A stretch of DNA of 64,000 bases. It comes from a virus. Its lineage: Duplodnaviria > Caudoviricetes. The notes below the pieces were generated by a model. That model ran no database searches. It was not told the origin of the DNA and saw only the letters and a program-made list of their open reading frames with translations. Positions 31,052-38,145 of the stretch are shown here, one piece after another; position 1 is the stretch's first letter, and every line of letters begins with the position of its first letter. The position numbers and the translations under genes were made by a program. The stretch lies in the IMG/VR virus record IMGVR_UViG_3300035208_002115; one strand, written 5' to 3'.

Positions 31052-32026
31052 TTAAATTTCAGGGCAAGGTAGTGATTTATGTTTAGAACTCTTAAATTTT
31101 ATCTCAGGAAAAATATAAGATACTGTTATTTCATGTGTTCCAGATGTTGAACCATATAAATTTGAAATTATAAAATCATAAGAATACCCAACATGAAAAT
31201 TATCCATTCTAAGACCAACCATACCAATTATTGCATCTGGATTAACTTTATTTATATTTTCAAAAATTGGAAAACCTCTATACCAAATACCAAATGTAAT
31301 TGGTTTATATTCCCAATACACACCTAAATCTAATTGATTGTAATTTCCCTGTCGTTTATATAAAAATGTTAAATAATAATAATTTGAATTTTTAAATACG
31401 TTTGGATTAGTAGATAATTTTAAACCTCCAAAAAATTTATATTGTATGGGAAGTCTGGAACTTTCTCGTGCAGTCAACGCATATTCGGGACGTAAAAGAT
31501 GGTCAGTAGACAGACCAGTCCAAAATTTATTACCATATATAATCCAACCTGAAGAAACATCGAAAAACTTAACTGTCGTTATAGGAGTCTCAATTGTACC
31601 ACCCGAATGTGTTTGTATTTGGTCATTGAATATTAATTTAAAAAAATCAACACCTATTTGTGTGTAATTTCCTTGTAACCCGAATGTTGAATAAACATTT
31701 CCACGAATATGTATTCTGTAAGAATATATTATATTTGCAGAATATGTATTATATGTTTCATAACCAGCAGCATCACCAACAAATAAAGCACCAATACCAC
31801 TATTAAATTTATCAAAATATGTATCAAAAGATGCACTGTATGTATTATAATTAACCAGACCCATGTATTGGTTTCGATAATTCATAAAAAGTCGTGGTGC
31901 ATTATCAGTACCAGCAAATGATGGTGATAAATATAATTTATTCGCATAGTACTGTGAGAATTGTGGTTCTTGACAGAATATAGATATATTAATAAAAAAT
32001 ATTAAAATACTAATAAGATATTTCAT
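31052..32026 (-). CDS. PorP/SprF family type IX secretion system outer-membrane beta-barrel
   Basis: Signal peptide; QEPQFSQYYANKLYLSPSFAG, NYRNQY, GYSYDFIISNL...SGTHEITVSY, LPCPEI C-terminus. Confidence 0.92.
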   Translation of the reverse strand: MKYLISILIFFINISIFCQEPQFSQYYANKLYLSPSFAGTDNAPRLFMNYRNQYMGLVNYNTYSASFDTYFDKFNSGIGALFVGDAAGYETYNTYSANIIYSYRIHIRGNVYSTFGLQGNYTQIGVDFFKLIFNDQIQTHSGGTIETPITTVKFFDVSSGWIIYGNKFWTGLSTDHLLRPEYALTARESSRLPIQYKFFGGLKLSTNPNVFKNSNYYYLTFLYKRQGNYNQLDLGVYWEYKPITFGIWYRGFPIFENINKVNPDAIIGMVGLRMDNFHVGYSYDFIISNLYGSTSGTHEITVSYIFPEIKFKSSKHKSLPCPEI

Positions 32027-32124
32027 ATAACTTTCAAAGTTCTTTTAAGTTATATATATTCTAAAAGCAAAAATGTTCTTATTTTTAATAATTTTATTTA
32101 GAAAAACATAAAATTCTCTAATTT

Positions 32125-32448
32125 TTAAATCAGTGAATTGATTTTAGTTACATATTTTTCTTTTGGATTAGCACCAATTATTCTGTCTACTACTTCACCA
32201 TCTTGTATAAAAAGTACAGCAGGTATATTTCGTATACCATATTTTTCTGCAACGAATCCTAAATCATCAACATCACATTTTGCAACCACTATATCATCAC
32301 CAAATTCTTCGGCAAGTGAATCTATAATAGGAGATACCATTCTACATGGGCTACACCATTCTGCCCAGAAATCTATTATAGTTAATTTATCACTATTAAT
32401 AACTTCATTGAAATTACCCTCTGTAATTGTTACAACCTTTTCACTCAT
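32125..32448 (-). CDS. trxA: thioredoxin
   Basis: DFWAEWCSPCRM, YGIRNIPA. Confidence 0.93.
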   Translation of the reverse strand: MSEKVVTITEGNFNEVINSDKLTIIDFWAEWCSPCRMVSPIIDSLAEEFGDDIVVAKCDVDDLGFVAEKYGIRNIPAVLFIQDGEVVDRIIGANPKEKYVTKINSLI

Positions 32449-32516
32449 AATTAATAATTCTTTTTTTCAGTGAACGATAAAATGTTTTGTTGGTTGCAGA
32501 TTATAATAAAATTTTG

Positions 32517-32589
32517 AGAGATAAATTGGATTCGAACCAACGTCCTCGGCTTGGCAAGCCGATGCACTAACCAACTGTGCTATTATCTC
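32517..32589 (-). tRNA. tRNA-Gly(GCC)
   Basis: Cloverleaf; anticodon arm TCGGC-TTGCCAA-GCCGA; U73. Confidence 0.9.
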
Positions 32590-32595
32590 GAAAAG

Positions 32596-32666
32596 AATTC
32601 CCACTGGGAGTCGAACCCAAATTGTGGGTTTAGAAAACCCGTGTTCTTCCATTGAACTATGGGAAC
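32596..32666 (-). tRNA. tRNA-Arg(TCT)
   Basis: Anticodon loop TTTCTAA; T arm TTGGG-TTCGACT-CCCAG; C27.A43 mismatch, U73. Confidence 0.8.
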
Positions 32667-32672
32667 ATATTG

Positions 32673-32744
32673 TATCTTCACTGGGAGTCGAACCCAAATT
32701 TCAAGTTTAGGAAACTCACGTTCTGTCCATTGAACTATGAAGAC
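32673..32744 (-). tRNA. tRNA-Arg(CCT)
   Basis: Anticodon arm TGAGT-TTCCTAA-ACTTG; near-duplicate of the adjacent Arg(TCT) gene. Confidence 0.85.
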
Positions 32745-32825
32745 GTTTTATTTACTGTCAGAATTTGAGTAAACAGTAAAAAAATAATTTTTTGATGTTT
32801 GGATATTATTTTTGTTTATAATAAT

Positions 32826-33341
32826 TTATTTAACTTTAATCTGAAAATTATGTTTAATAATTAACTGTCTTAGATGAATAATCAAAGTTTTTAAAAATAT
32901 GTTAACTATCTTATCAAAATTATCTATAACTTCTCTATCATAAATAAATGCATTATTTATTTTATTTATATCTAATAACGTGTTAAAGCATTTTTTAAAA
33001 ATTAAATAAATATTAACTTCAATTTCATCTATTTTATAATAACCAAGTTCTAATATTTTACATTTTAATTCATTCAGATATTCTTTCTCAATTTCTTCTT
33101 GTATAATATAAAAAATTTCTATAATATTTATATCAGTACATTCATCGACCAAACCAACGAAAAAAGAAACATCGTTAAATAATTTATCATTTAAAGTTGT
33201 AAATATTTTTTGATAGTCAATTTCTTTATTAAAACCATAAATTTTTAAATTTGGGCTTTTATCGAGGTTACAATAAATTTTATTGTTATTGTTATCGAAT
33301 CTAACTGGGGGTTCTTCTTCTATCAAATCCATTATACTCAT
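32826..33341 (-). CDS. hypothetical protein within the tRNA array
   Basis: 171-aa ORF. Confidence 0.6.
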   Translation of the reverse strand: MSIMDLIEEEPPVRFDNNNNKIYCNLDKSPNLKIYGFNKEIDYQKIFTTLNDKLFNDVSFFVGLVDECTDINIIEIFYIIQEEIEKEYLNELKCKILELGYYKIDEIEVNIYLIFKKCFNTLLDINKINNAFIYDREVIDNFDKIVNIFLKTLIIHLRQLIIKHNFQIKVK

Positions 33342-33359
33342 AATATATATATTTTTTAT

Positions 33360-34022
33360 TTAATTAGTCATATTATATTTTTGTCTATTCTTTCTACCAT
33401 TACCTTTATTAGCACCTTTATATGTTGGTGTTAAACTATGACAATTTGGACATATTAAATCTAAATTTTCTTCTTTATTATTTAAATAATTACCATCTAT
33501 GTGTTCAACTTCAAGTGGTGTGTTTCCAGTATAAAGATTTTTTTCAGACCACCCACATCTACTACATCTGTTATTAAATTTAATAAATAAATATCTAATT
33601 ATATGTAATGATATTTGATATTTACCTCTTAATCCTGACACCATATTCTTTTTCCACTTTTCAATGTAAATTAAATATGCATTATAACTACCATCAAATT
33701 TATTATTTACCTTTTTATCAATTTTAATATTAATTGTTTTTCTTTTCTTGTTATTAAATGTAGCAGAACATCTACATGAACAAAATTTTCGCTTATTACA
33801 TTTTAAATCTTTTATTTCTTCTCCACAATTTAAACAAAATTTAATTTCATTACAATTTATGTGTTTATAATCTGATGATTTATATCCATTTTTTTTCAAT
33901 TTTTCTCTTACACTTCTTGGTGTTTTATTTAAAACGATTCCAATTTCATTATATGAATACCCAGATAATAACAAATTAATTGATTTTTGTAATTCTTCAT
34001 TTCCCCACTTTAACATATACAT
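33360..34022 (-). mobile_element. free-standing HNH homing endonuclease inside the tRNA array
   Basis: N-terminal HTH, CLNCG..KFCSCRCS zinc finger, CSRCGW...LEVEHIDGNYLNNKEENLDLICPNCHSLT. Confidence 0.88.
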
Positions 34023-34116
34023 TTTTATTAGTATATATTAAAATAGAGCGTAACAAAATAGTTGAATATTATAAAATTGCTGTTTTCCAACTTTTCAACT
34101 ACTCGTTATTATTTTA

Positions 34117-34182
34117 TTGACTCTAAAAGAATTGAACTACATCGATATATAATGTTATATACTATCCATTACATTAAGTTAA
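34117..34182 (-). pseudogene. possible heavily decayed tRNA remnant
   Basis: Minus strand has D-arm-like TGTAATGGATAGTAT and T-loop-like GTTCAATTC at tRNA spacing; stems lost. Confidence 0.3.
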
Positions 34183-34187
34183 TTAAG

Positions 34188-34258
34188 AGCATCCTATTGG
34201 ACTCGAACCACATTTCCAAATTACAAATTTGGCACTTTACCATTAAGTTATAGGATGC
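34188..34258 (-). tRNA. tRNA-Thr(TGT)
   Basis: Acceptor GCATCCT/AGGATGC; CCAAA-TTTGTAA-TTTGG. Confidence 0.85.
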
Positions 34259-34281
34259 ATTATAATATTAAATTTAATTCG

Positions 34282-34358
34282 TGGAACTTGTGGAGAACGA
34301 TTCCACCTGCTTTTCTCTGTGCAAGAGAGACAACCACTCCAATGCAGTCCCAAGCCCC
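34282..34358 (-). tRNA. tRNA-Ala(TGC), non-canonical D and T loops
   Basis: G3.U70, A73; TCTCT-CTTGCAC-AGAGA; T loop ATCGTTC. Confidence 0.8.
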
Positions 34359-34375
34359 ATTAATTTAAAAATTAG

Positions 34376-34448
34376 TCGAAAGTGTCCGACTCGAACGGCA
34401 TCTAAATGTCCCAAACATCTTATGTTACCAAATTACAACACACTCTCG
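34376..34448 (-). tRNA. tRNA-Pro(TGG)
   Basis: C1-G72, A73; AGATG-TTTGGGA-CATTT. Confidence 0.85.
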
Positions 34449-34461
34449 ATATTCATTTTTG

Positions 34462-34532
34462 CTGACCTGAAAAGACTCGAACTTCTACAACAACATCCAG
34501 AGTGTTGGGTGCTACCATTACACCACAGGTCA
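34462..34532 (-). tRNA. tRNA-Gln(CTG)
   Basis: U1-A72, G73; CAACA-CTCTGGA-TGTTG. Confidence 0.88.
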
Positions 34533-34535
34533 AAA

Positions 34536-34624
34536 TGGTCGGGAAAGAAGGATTCGAACCTTCGAGAGGTTACCCCACTCGCTTCCAGGGCGAGACCGCT
34601 ACCTGACTACGGAGCTATTTCCCG
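34536..34624 (-). tRNA. tRNA-Pro(TGG) with long variable arm and C33
   Basis: CGGGAAA/TTTCCCG-ACCA; CTCGC-CCTGGAA-GCGAG; variable region TGGGGTAACCTCTC. Confidence 0.8.
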
Positions 34625-34632
34625 ATATATTG

Positions 34633-34719
34633 CTGCCCCCGTAGGACTCGAACCTACAAGCCATGATTATGGCATCAGCTCCAAAGGCTGACGTGTTTAG
34701 CCAATTCCACCAGAGGGCA
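34633..34719 (-). tRNA. tRNA-Gln(TTG) with long variable arm and Leu-like D arm
   Basis: TGCCCTC/GGGGGCA-G; TCAGC-CTTTGGA-GCTGA; variable arm TGCCATAATCATGGCTT. Confidence 0.82.
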
Positions 34720-34729
34720 ATTTAAAAAG

Positions 34730-34803
34730 TGGAGAAGATGGGAGTCAAACCCACGACCTTCTGAGTGCAAATCAGACGCTCTATTCAACTGAGCTACATC
34801 CCC
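34730..34803 (-). tRNA. tRNA-Ala(TGC)
   Basis: GGGGATG acceptor with G3.U70; TCTGA-TTTGCAC-TCAGA; T loop TTTGACT. Confidence 0.88.
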
Positions 34804-34806
34804 ATT

Positions 34807-34885
34807 TGGTGCGAGTACAGGGATTCAAACCCTGAACCTACTGATTGGAAGTCAGTCGCTCTAATCAATTAGGAGCTACACTCGC
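34807..34885 (-). tRNA. tRNA-Gly(TCC)
   Basis: GCGAGTG/TACTCGC-ACCA; ACTGA-CTTCCAA-TCAGT; A73 and a D loop lacking GG. Confidence 0.82.
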
Positions 34886-34937
34886 AAATTTGATGTGGTA
34901 AAAATATACCACATCGTATTTCAATATAAAACCATTT

Positions 34938-35010
34938 CCAACATGTCAAAGAACTCGATTATATCCCTGTGGGGTTATAATCTTGGAATATATCCTTGCA
35001 GGGTTATATT
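34938..35010 (-). promoter_or_regulatory. rrn-type antitermination site: two boxB-like hairpins followed by boxA
   Basis: Minus strand: AATATAACCCTGCAAGGATATATT, ATTATAACCCCACAGGGATATAAT, then AGTTCTTTGACATGTTGG. Confidence 0.6.
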
Positions 35011-35016
35011 TTTCTG

Positions 35017-35089
35017 AGCCGATAGTAGGCTACGACCCCACGACCTTCATCTTACAAGGATGTTGCTCTACCAACTGAGCTATATCAGC
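35017..35089 (-). tRNA. tRNA-Thr(TGT), non-canonical T loop
   Basis: GCTGATA/TATCGGC; ACATC-CTTGTAA-GATGA; T loop GTCGTAG. Confidence 0.82.
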
Positions 35090-35105
35090 ATTTCAAAACA
35101 CGTAT

Positions 35106-35141
35106 AAAACAAAAAATCCACTCAACTTTTACGCTGAGTGG
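35106..35141 (-). terminator. attenuator terminator immediately upstream of the tRNA array
   Basis: Minus strand CCACTCAGC-GTAAAA-GTTGAGTGG-ATTTTTTGTTTT. Confidence 0.85.
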
Positions 35142-35172
35142 GTTTTTGTAACTTCCTTTTAATGAGAAGTGG

Positions 35173-35307
35173 CTATATATTTGGTGAAATAAAGCCGATA
35201 TACAAAATACACTCAGCGTACAAACCTCTTGGTTGTGCTGTTCTGCCCTGACCTGCTCCCTGTTGGGGGGCGGTTGTTGCTGTCGTGTATGTTGTGTTCC
35301 TCATCAT
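35173..35307 (-). CDS. leader peptide (Thr/Ala/Pro/Gln/Gly/Arg-rich) of the tRNA-array attenuator
   Basis: Manual translation MMRNTTYTTATTAPQQGAGQGRTAQPRGLYAECILYIGFISPNI*; contains antiterminator strand TACGCTGAGTG (35210-35220), complementary to terminator 5' arm CACTCAGCGTA (35130-35140). Confidence 0.85.
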   Translation of the reverse strand: MMRNTTYTTATTAPQQGAGQGRTAQPRGLYAECILYIGFISPNI

Positions 35308-35400
35308 AATTAAAAAAATATCTTTGTTTCAGTTATATATTACAACAAAAATGTCGTTTTTTTCCAATTCTTTAACCTACTTTTAATAGGAATTATTTTG

Positions 35401-35431
35401 CAAATGTAATTATACTTACGATAAAAACAAA
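35401..35431 (-). promoter_or_regulatory. Bacteroidota sigma-A-type promoter for the leader/tRNA transcript
   Basis: TTTG-N19-TACATTTG fits the -33/-7 consensus; a second AATATATA element lies at 35334-35341. Confidence 0.7.
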
Positions 35432-35443
35432 TAAAAGTTTAAA

Positions 35444-35950
35444 TTATTTTATAGGTCTTATACTAAAAGCTTGAACTTCATCATGATTAAATACATAATT
35501 TAATGCTTTGTGAAATGTTAATTCTGCACCATGAGTCACAATATCACCATCATTAGATTTTAATTCTTCTGGTAAATTATCATTATATAAAGCCTCACCA
35601 TTAACAACAATTGTAATAGCGACTGGTGCATTACTAAATTCCAATTTATCTTTTAGATTGACCAGTTTTCCAAAAACAGACCCACTATCTTTGGTATAAT
35701 CATAAACGAATAAAAATGTGTTTCCGATTTCATTTGCCAAGTTTTGTGGAATAGCAGAATCAACACCTGTATAATTTTTACCATATGCCATTATCATAAG
35801 GTCGCCTTTTGTAAGGTGTCCATTGTTATATTTAATAAAAAAATTAAACATAGAATCCCAGTCATTCTTATTTTTATCTCTAACTATTTCGTCATCCTGA
35901 GTATAATCCTCATTCATTTTAAATGATTCATATGTTTTTAAATGTTTCAT
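35444..35950 (-). CDS. putative virion-packaged protein with CTS-like N-terminus
   Basis: Likely start ATG 35950: MKHLKTYESFKMNE. Confidence 0.7.
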   Translation of the reverse strand: MKHLKTYESFKMNEDYTQDDEIVRDKNKNDWDSMFNFFIKYNNGHLTKGDLMIMAYGKNYTGVDSAIPQNLANEIGNTFLFVYDYTKDSGSVFGKLVNLKDKLEFSNAPVAITIVVNGEALYNDNLPEELKSNDGDIVTHGAELTFHKALNYVFNHDEVQAFSIRPIK

Positions 35951-35960
35951 TTTTATATTT

Positions 35961-36302
35961 TTATTTTTTAACATTATTAAATAAGTCATCAATAGCATCT
36001 ATTAACATGTTTTGTTCATTATTATCAAGTTCGAAATGTTGAGTTAAATCCATATTTTTAGAATCAACTTGAATAACCAATGTTTCATTAGATTTCCAAG
36101 CAGTTACTATTTGGGTATCATGTGACATTTTATATTTAGTTATTTCACCAATCATAATATCTATTAAATTATCTAAATCTTCAATAACAATTTCAGCTAT
36201 ACTCTCATTTTTATTAATTGTTATTGTCCCAGCATCTTCATTAACATTAAAATAAATGGTAGGTGTGCCATACCTTTCGAACGTTTTAACATGATTCATC
36301 AC
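35961..36302 (-). CDS. putative virion-packaged protein with CTS-like N-terminus
   Basis: MNHVKTFERY. Confidence 0.65.
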   Translation of the reverse strand: MMNHVKTFERYGTPTIYFNVNEDAGTITINKNESIAEIVIEDLDNLIDIMIGEITKYKMSHDTQIVTAWKSNETLVIQVDSKNMDLTQHFELDNNEQNMLIDAIDDLFNNVKK

Positions 36303-36370
36303 ACTATACTAATTTTTTAAACTTAGCCCCACAGCCCTATAATCGAAGATTATAGCCTTATAGACCTTCA

Positions 36371-36793
36371 TTATATATATTCACTTACTGCACCAATTAA
36401 TGATTTTTTAACATCTTCGGAATCTATTTCAGTCCAATCCGAAAAATCGTCAACTATATCTTCATCTTCATCATCATTACTACTTCTATTTTCTGGATTA
36501 GTTGTTGTAACTTCATCTGTATCATAACAATAATAAATAGTATCAACATCGAGTTCATCTAATAAATCTCTCAATTCGGCTAATGTTTTATCCCAACCTT
36601 TATAATCTTCGTATTGAGAACTGGCATAAACACCGCCTTCTTGAATATCTAAATTTAACATAGCAGCCAGTTTTTTAATTTTAACCAGTTTTTCTTGGTC
36701 TAATTGTTCTTTATAAATAGATATCGCCTTGACTACATTCTTACTATAATCTTCGTTCAATTTAAACGTATTATATGTTTTTAAGTGTTTCAT
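36371..36793 (-). CDS. acidic protein with CTS-like N-terminus
   Basis: MKHLKTYNTFKLNE. Confidence 0.7.
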   Translation of the reverse strand: MKHLKTYNTFKLNEDYSKNVVKAISIYKEQLDQEKLVKIKKLAAMLNLDIQEGGVYASSQYEDYKGWDKTLAELRDLLDELDVDTIYYCYDTDEVTTTNPENRSSNDDEDEDIVDDFSDWTEIDSEDVKKSLIGAVSEYI

Positions 36794-36809
36794 TTTTTTA
36801 TTTTTATTT

Positions 36810-37340
36810 TTATGATATCAAATCAAGCCATCTTTTATATGAGCCTTTATCAGCACCATTTACAAAAGAATCAACGTTTCTTGCATAATTCCAATCATGT
36901 GAATTAATTTTTCCTTCAATTTCTTCATCAGATATTTTTTTCACATCAGATGCCACGAAATATTTATTACCAGCCGAATCTGTATAAAATTCATAACTAT
37001 ATTTAAGATAACCATCTGGTTTATTAAACTGAGAATATGTTGGGTATTCAGTCCAAACATAAAAAAGTGGGTTATCATCAAAATCTATATCAGAATCTAC
37101 AACAAAAACATCACCAATTTTTCTTTCCCCTTTCACATATGGTTCGTGTTCTTTATTAAATGGTATTTCATCTTGAATATCATCTTGAATATCATCTTGA
37201 ATATCATCTTGAATATCATCTTGAATATCATCTTGAATATCATCTTGAATATCATCTTGAATATCATCTTGAATATCATCTTGTATTTCATCTTGTATTT
37301 CATCTTCTTGAAAAGATTCGAACTTTTTTAAATATTTCAT
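36810..37340 (-). CDS. protein with CTS-like N-terminus and (D/E)IQD repeat
   Basis: MKYLKKFESFQE followed by about 12 tetrapeptide repeats. Confidence 0.7.
   Translation of the reverse strand: MKYLKKFESFQEDEIQDEIQDDIQDDIQDDIQDDIQDDIQDDIQDDIQDDIQDDIQDEIPFNKEHEPYVKGERKIGDVFVVDSDIDFDDNPLFYVWTEYPTYSQFNKPDGYLKYSYEFYTDSAGNKYFVASDVKKISDEEIEGKINSHDWNYARNVDSFVNGADKGSYKRWLDLIS
37165..37308. repeat. 12-bp coding tandem repeat (ATATCATCTTGA)n
   Basis: About 12 units encoding DIQD/EIQD. Confidence 0.95.
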
Positions 37341-37363
37341 TTTTATATTTTTATTTTTATATA

Positions 37364-37741
37364 TTATTTTTCTAAATCATAAAATCCCATATTATCAACC
37401 ATAAACATACCATCTTTGTTTCTTATGATATCACCTACTGACATTGATGTGTGTCCTACATCTTTTGATTTTAATATATCATTAGTTGTTTTACCTTCTG
37501 ACCAAAATTCACCCTGCATTTTATTATATATTATATCCAAATCTAAAGTGTCAAATTTACCGATAAATGCATGAGTCGCTTCTAAATTATTTGGGTCTGG
37601 TAATTCGACACCATCTGGTAAATTATCTGAACCAAGAATATAATCTCTGAAATATTTATTTTTAACATACCACACATCAGATGTTACACCTTCATCAATT
37701 GATTCGTTAATAAAATCTAAAAAATTCTTCACTGTTTTCAT
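37364..37741 (-). CDS. YodL-like domain protein with CTS-like N-terminus
   Basis: MKTVKNFLDFINES; LDIIYNKMQ...GHTSMSVGDII...FMVDNMGF. Confidence 0.65.
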   Translation of the reverse strand: MKTVKNFLDFINESIDEGVTSDVWYVKNKYFRDYILGSDNLPDGVELPDPNNLEATHAFIGKFDTLDLDIIYNKMQGEFWSEGKTTNDILKSKDVGHTSMSVGDIIRNKDGMFMVDNMGFYDLEK

Positions 37742-38145
37742 TATGTATATTTTAATTTATTATAACCATAATATATATCAACCACTCTACATTTTAATGT
37801 TCCAGTCACAGATTGGTTGTATGACGTTGTTGCGTTTGGTTTTTTTAATATGGCTGTTAACCAAATAATATCACCACGTTTCATTTCTTTTGCGACAATA
37901 TCCGAAGATAAATTAAAACCACCAGAAAAAGCTTCCAGTTTTTTTATTTCATCTTCATCTTTTATAATATCTATTATTTGAACTATTTCAACAGGCTCAG
38001 TAATCTTTTCATATTCTCCATTATCTAATTTCCTTAAAACAGTAATATCATCAGCTAACTGATTATATTCTCCTTTTTTGGTTTGTTTCTTAGCCTGTTC
38101 CTCTTTAAACTTGTGGAAACTTTTTGTTATTTTATCGTTTTCCAT
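37741..38145 (-). CDS. hypothetical late protein
   Basis: MENDKITKSFHKFKEE start; KRGDIIWLTAIL...LKCRVVDIYYG. Confidence 0.65.
   Translation of the reverse strand: MENDKITKSFHKFKEEQAKKQTKKGEYNQLADDITVLRKLDNGEYEKITEPVEIVQIIDIIKDEDEIKKLEAFSGGFNLSSDIVAKEMKRGDIIWLTAILKKPNATTSYNQSVTGTLKCRVVDIYYGYNKLKYT

Noticed and set aside
32467-34691. ORFs 32467-32697, 34062-34253 and 34281-34691
   Set aside because: They overlap tRNA genes and are incidental open frames.
35100-35340. T-box riboswitch controlling the tRNA array
   Set aside because: No T-box consensus (GGTGGNACCGCG) or stem I motifs seen; a translated leader explains the structure better.
37165-37308. Tandem repeat as a CRISPR array
   Set aside because: 12-bp head-to-tail units with no spacers, in frame within a CDS; no cas genes in the window.
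37146-37375. Plus-strand ORFs with ILNI or YHLE repeats
   Set aside because: Antisense shadows of the DIQD repeat.
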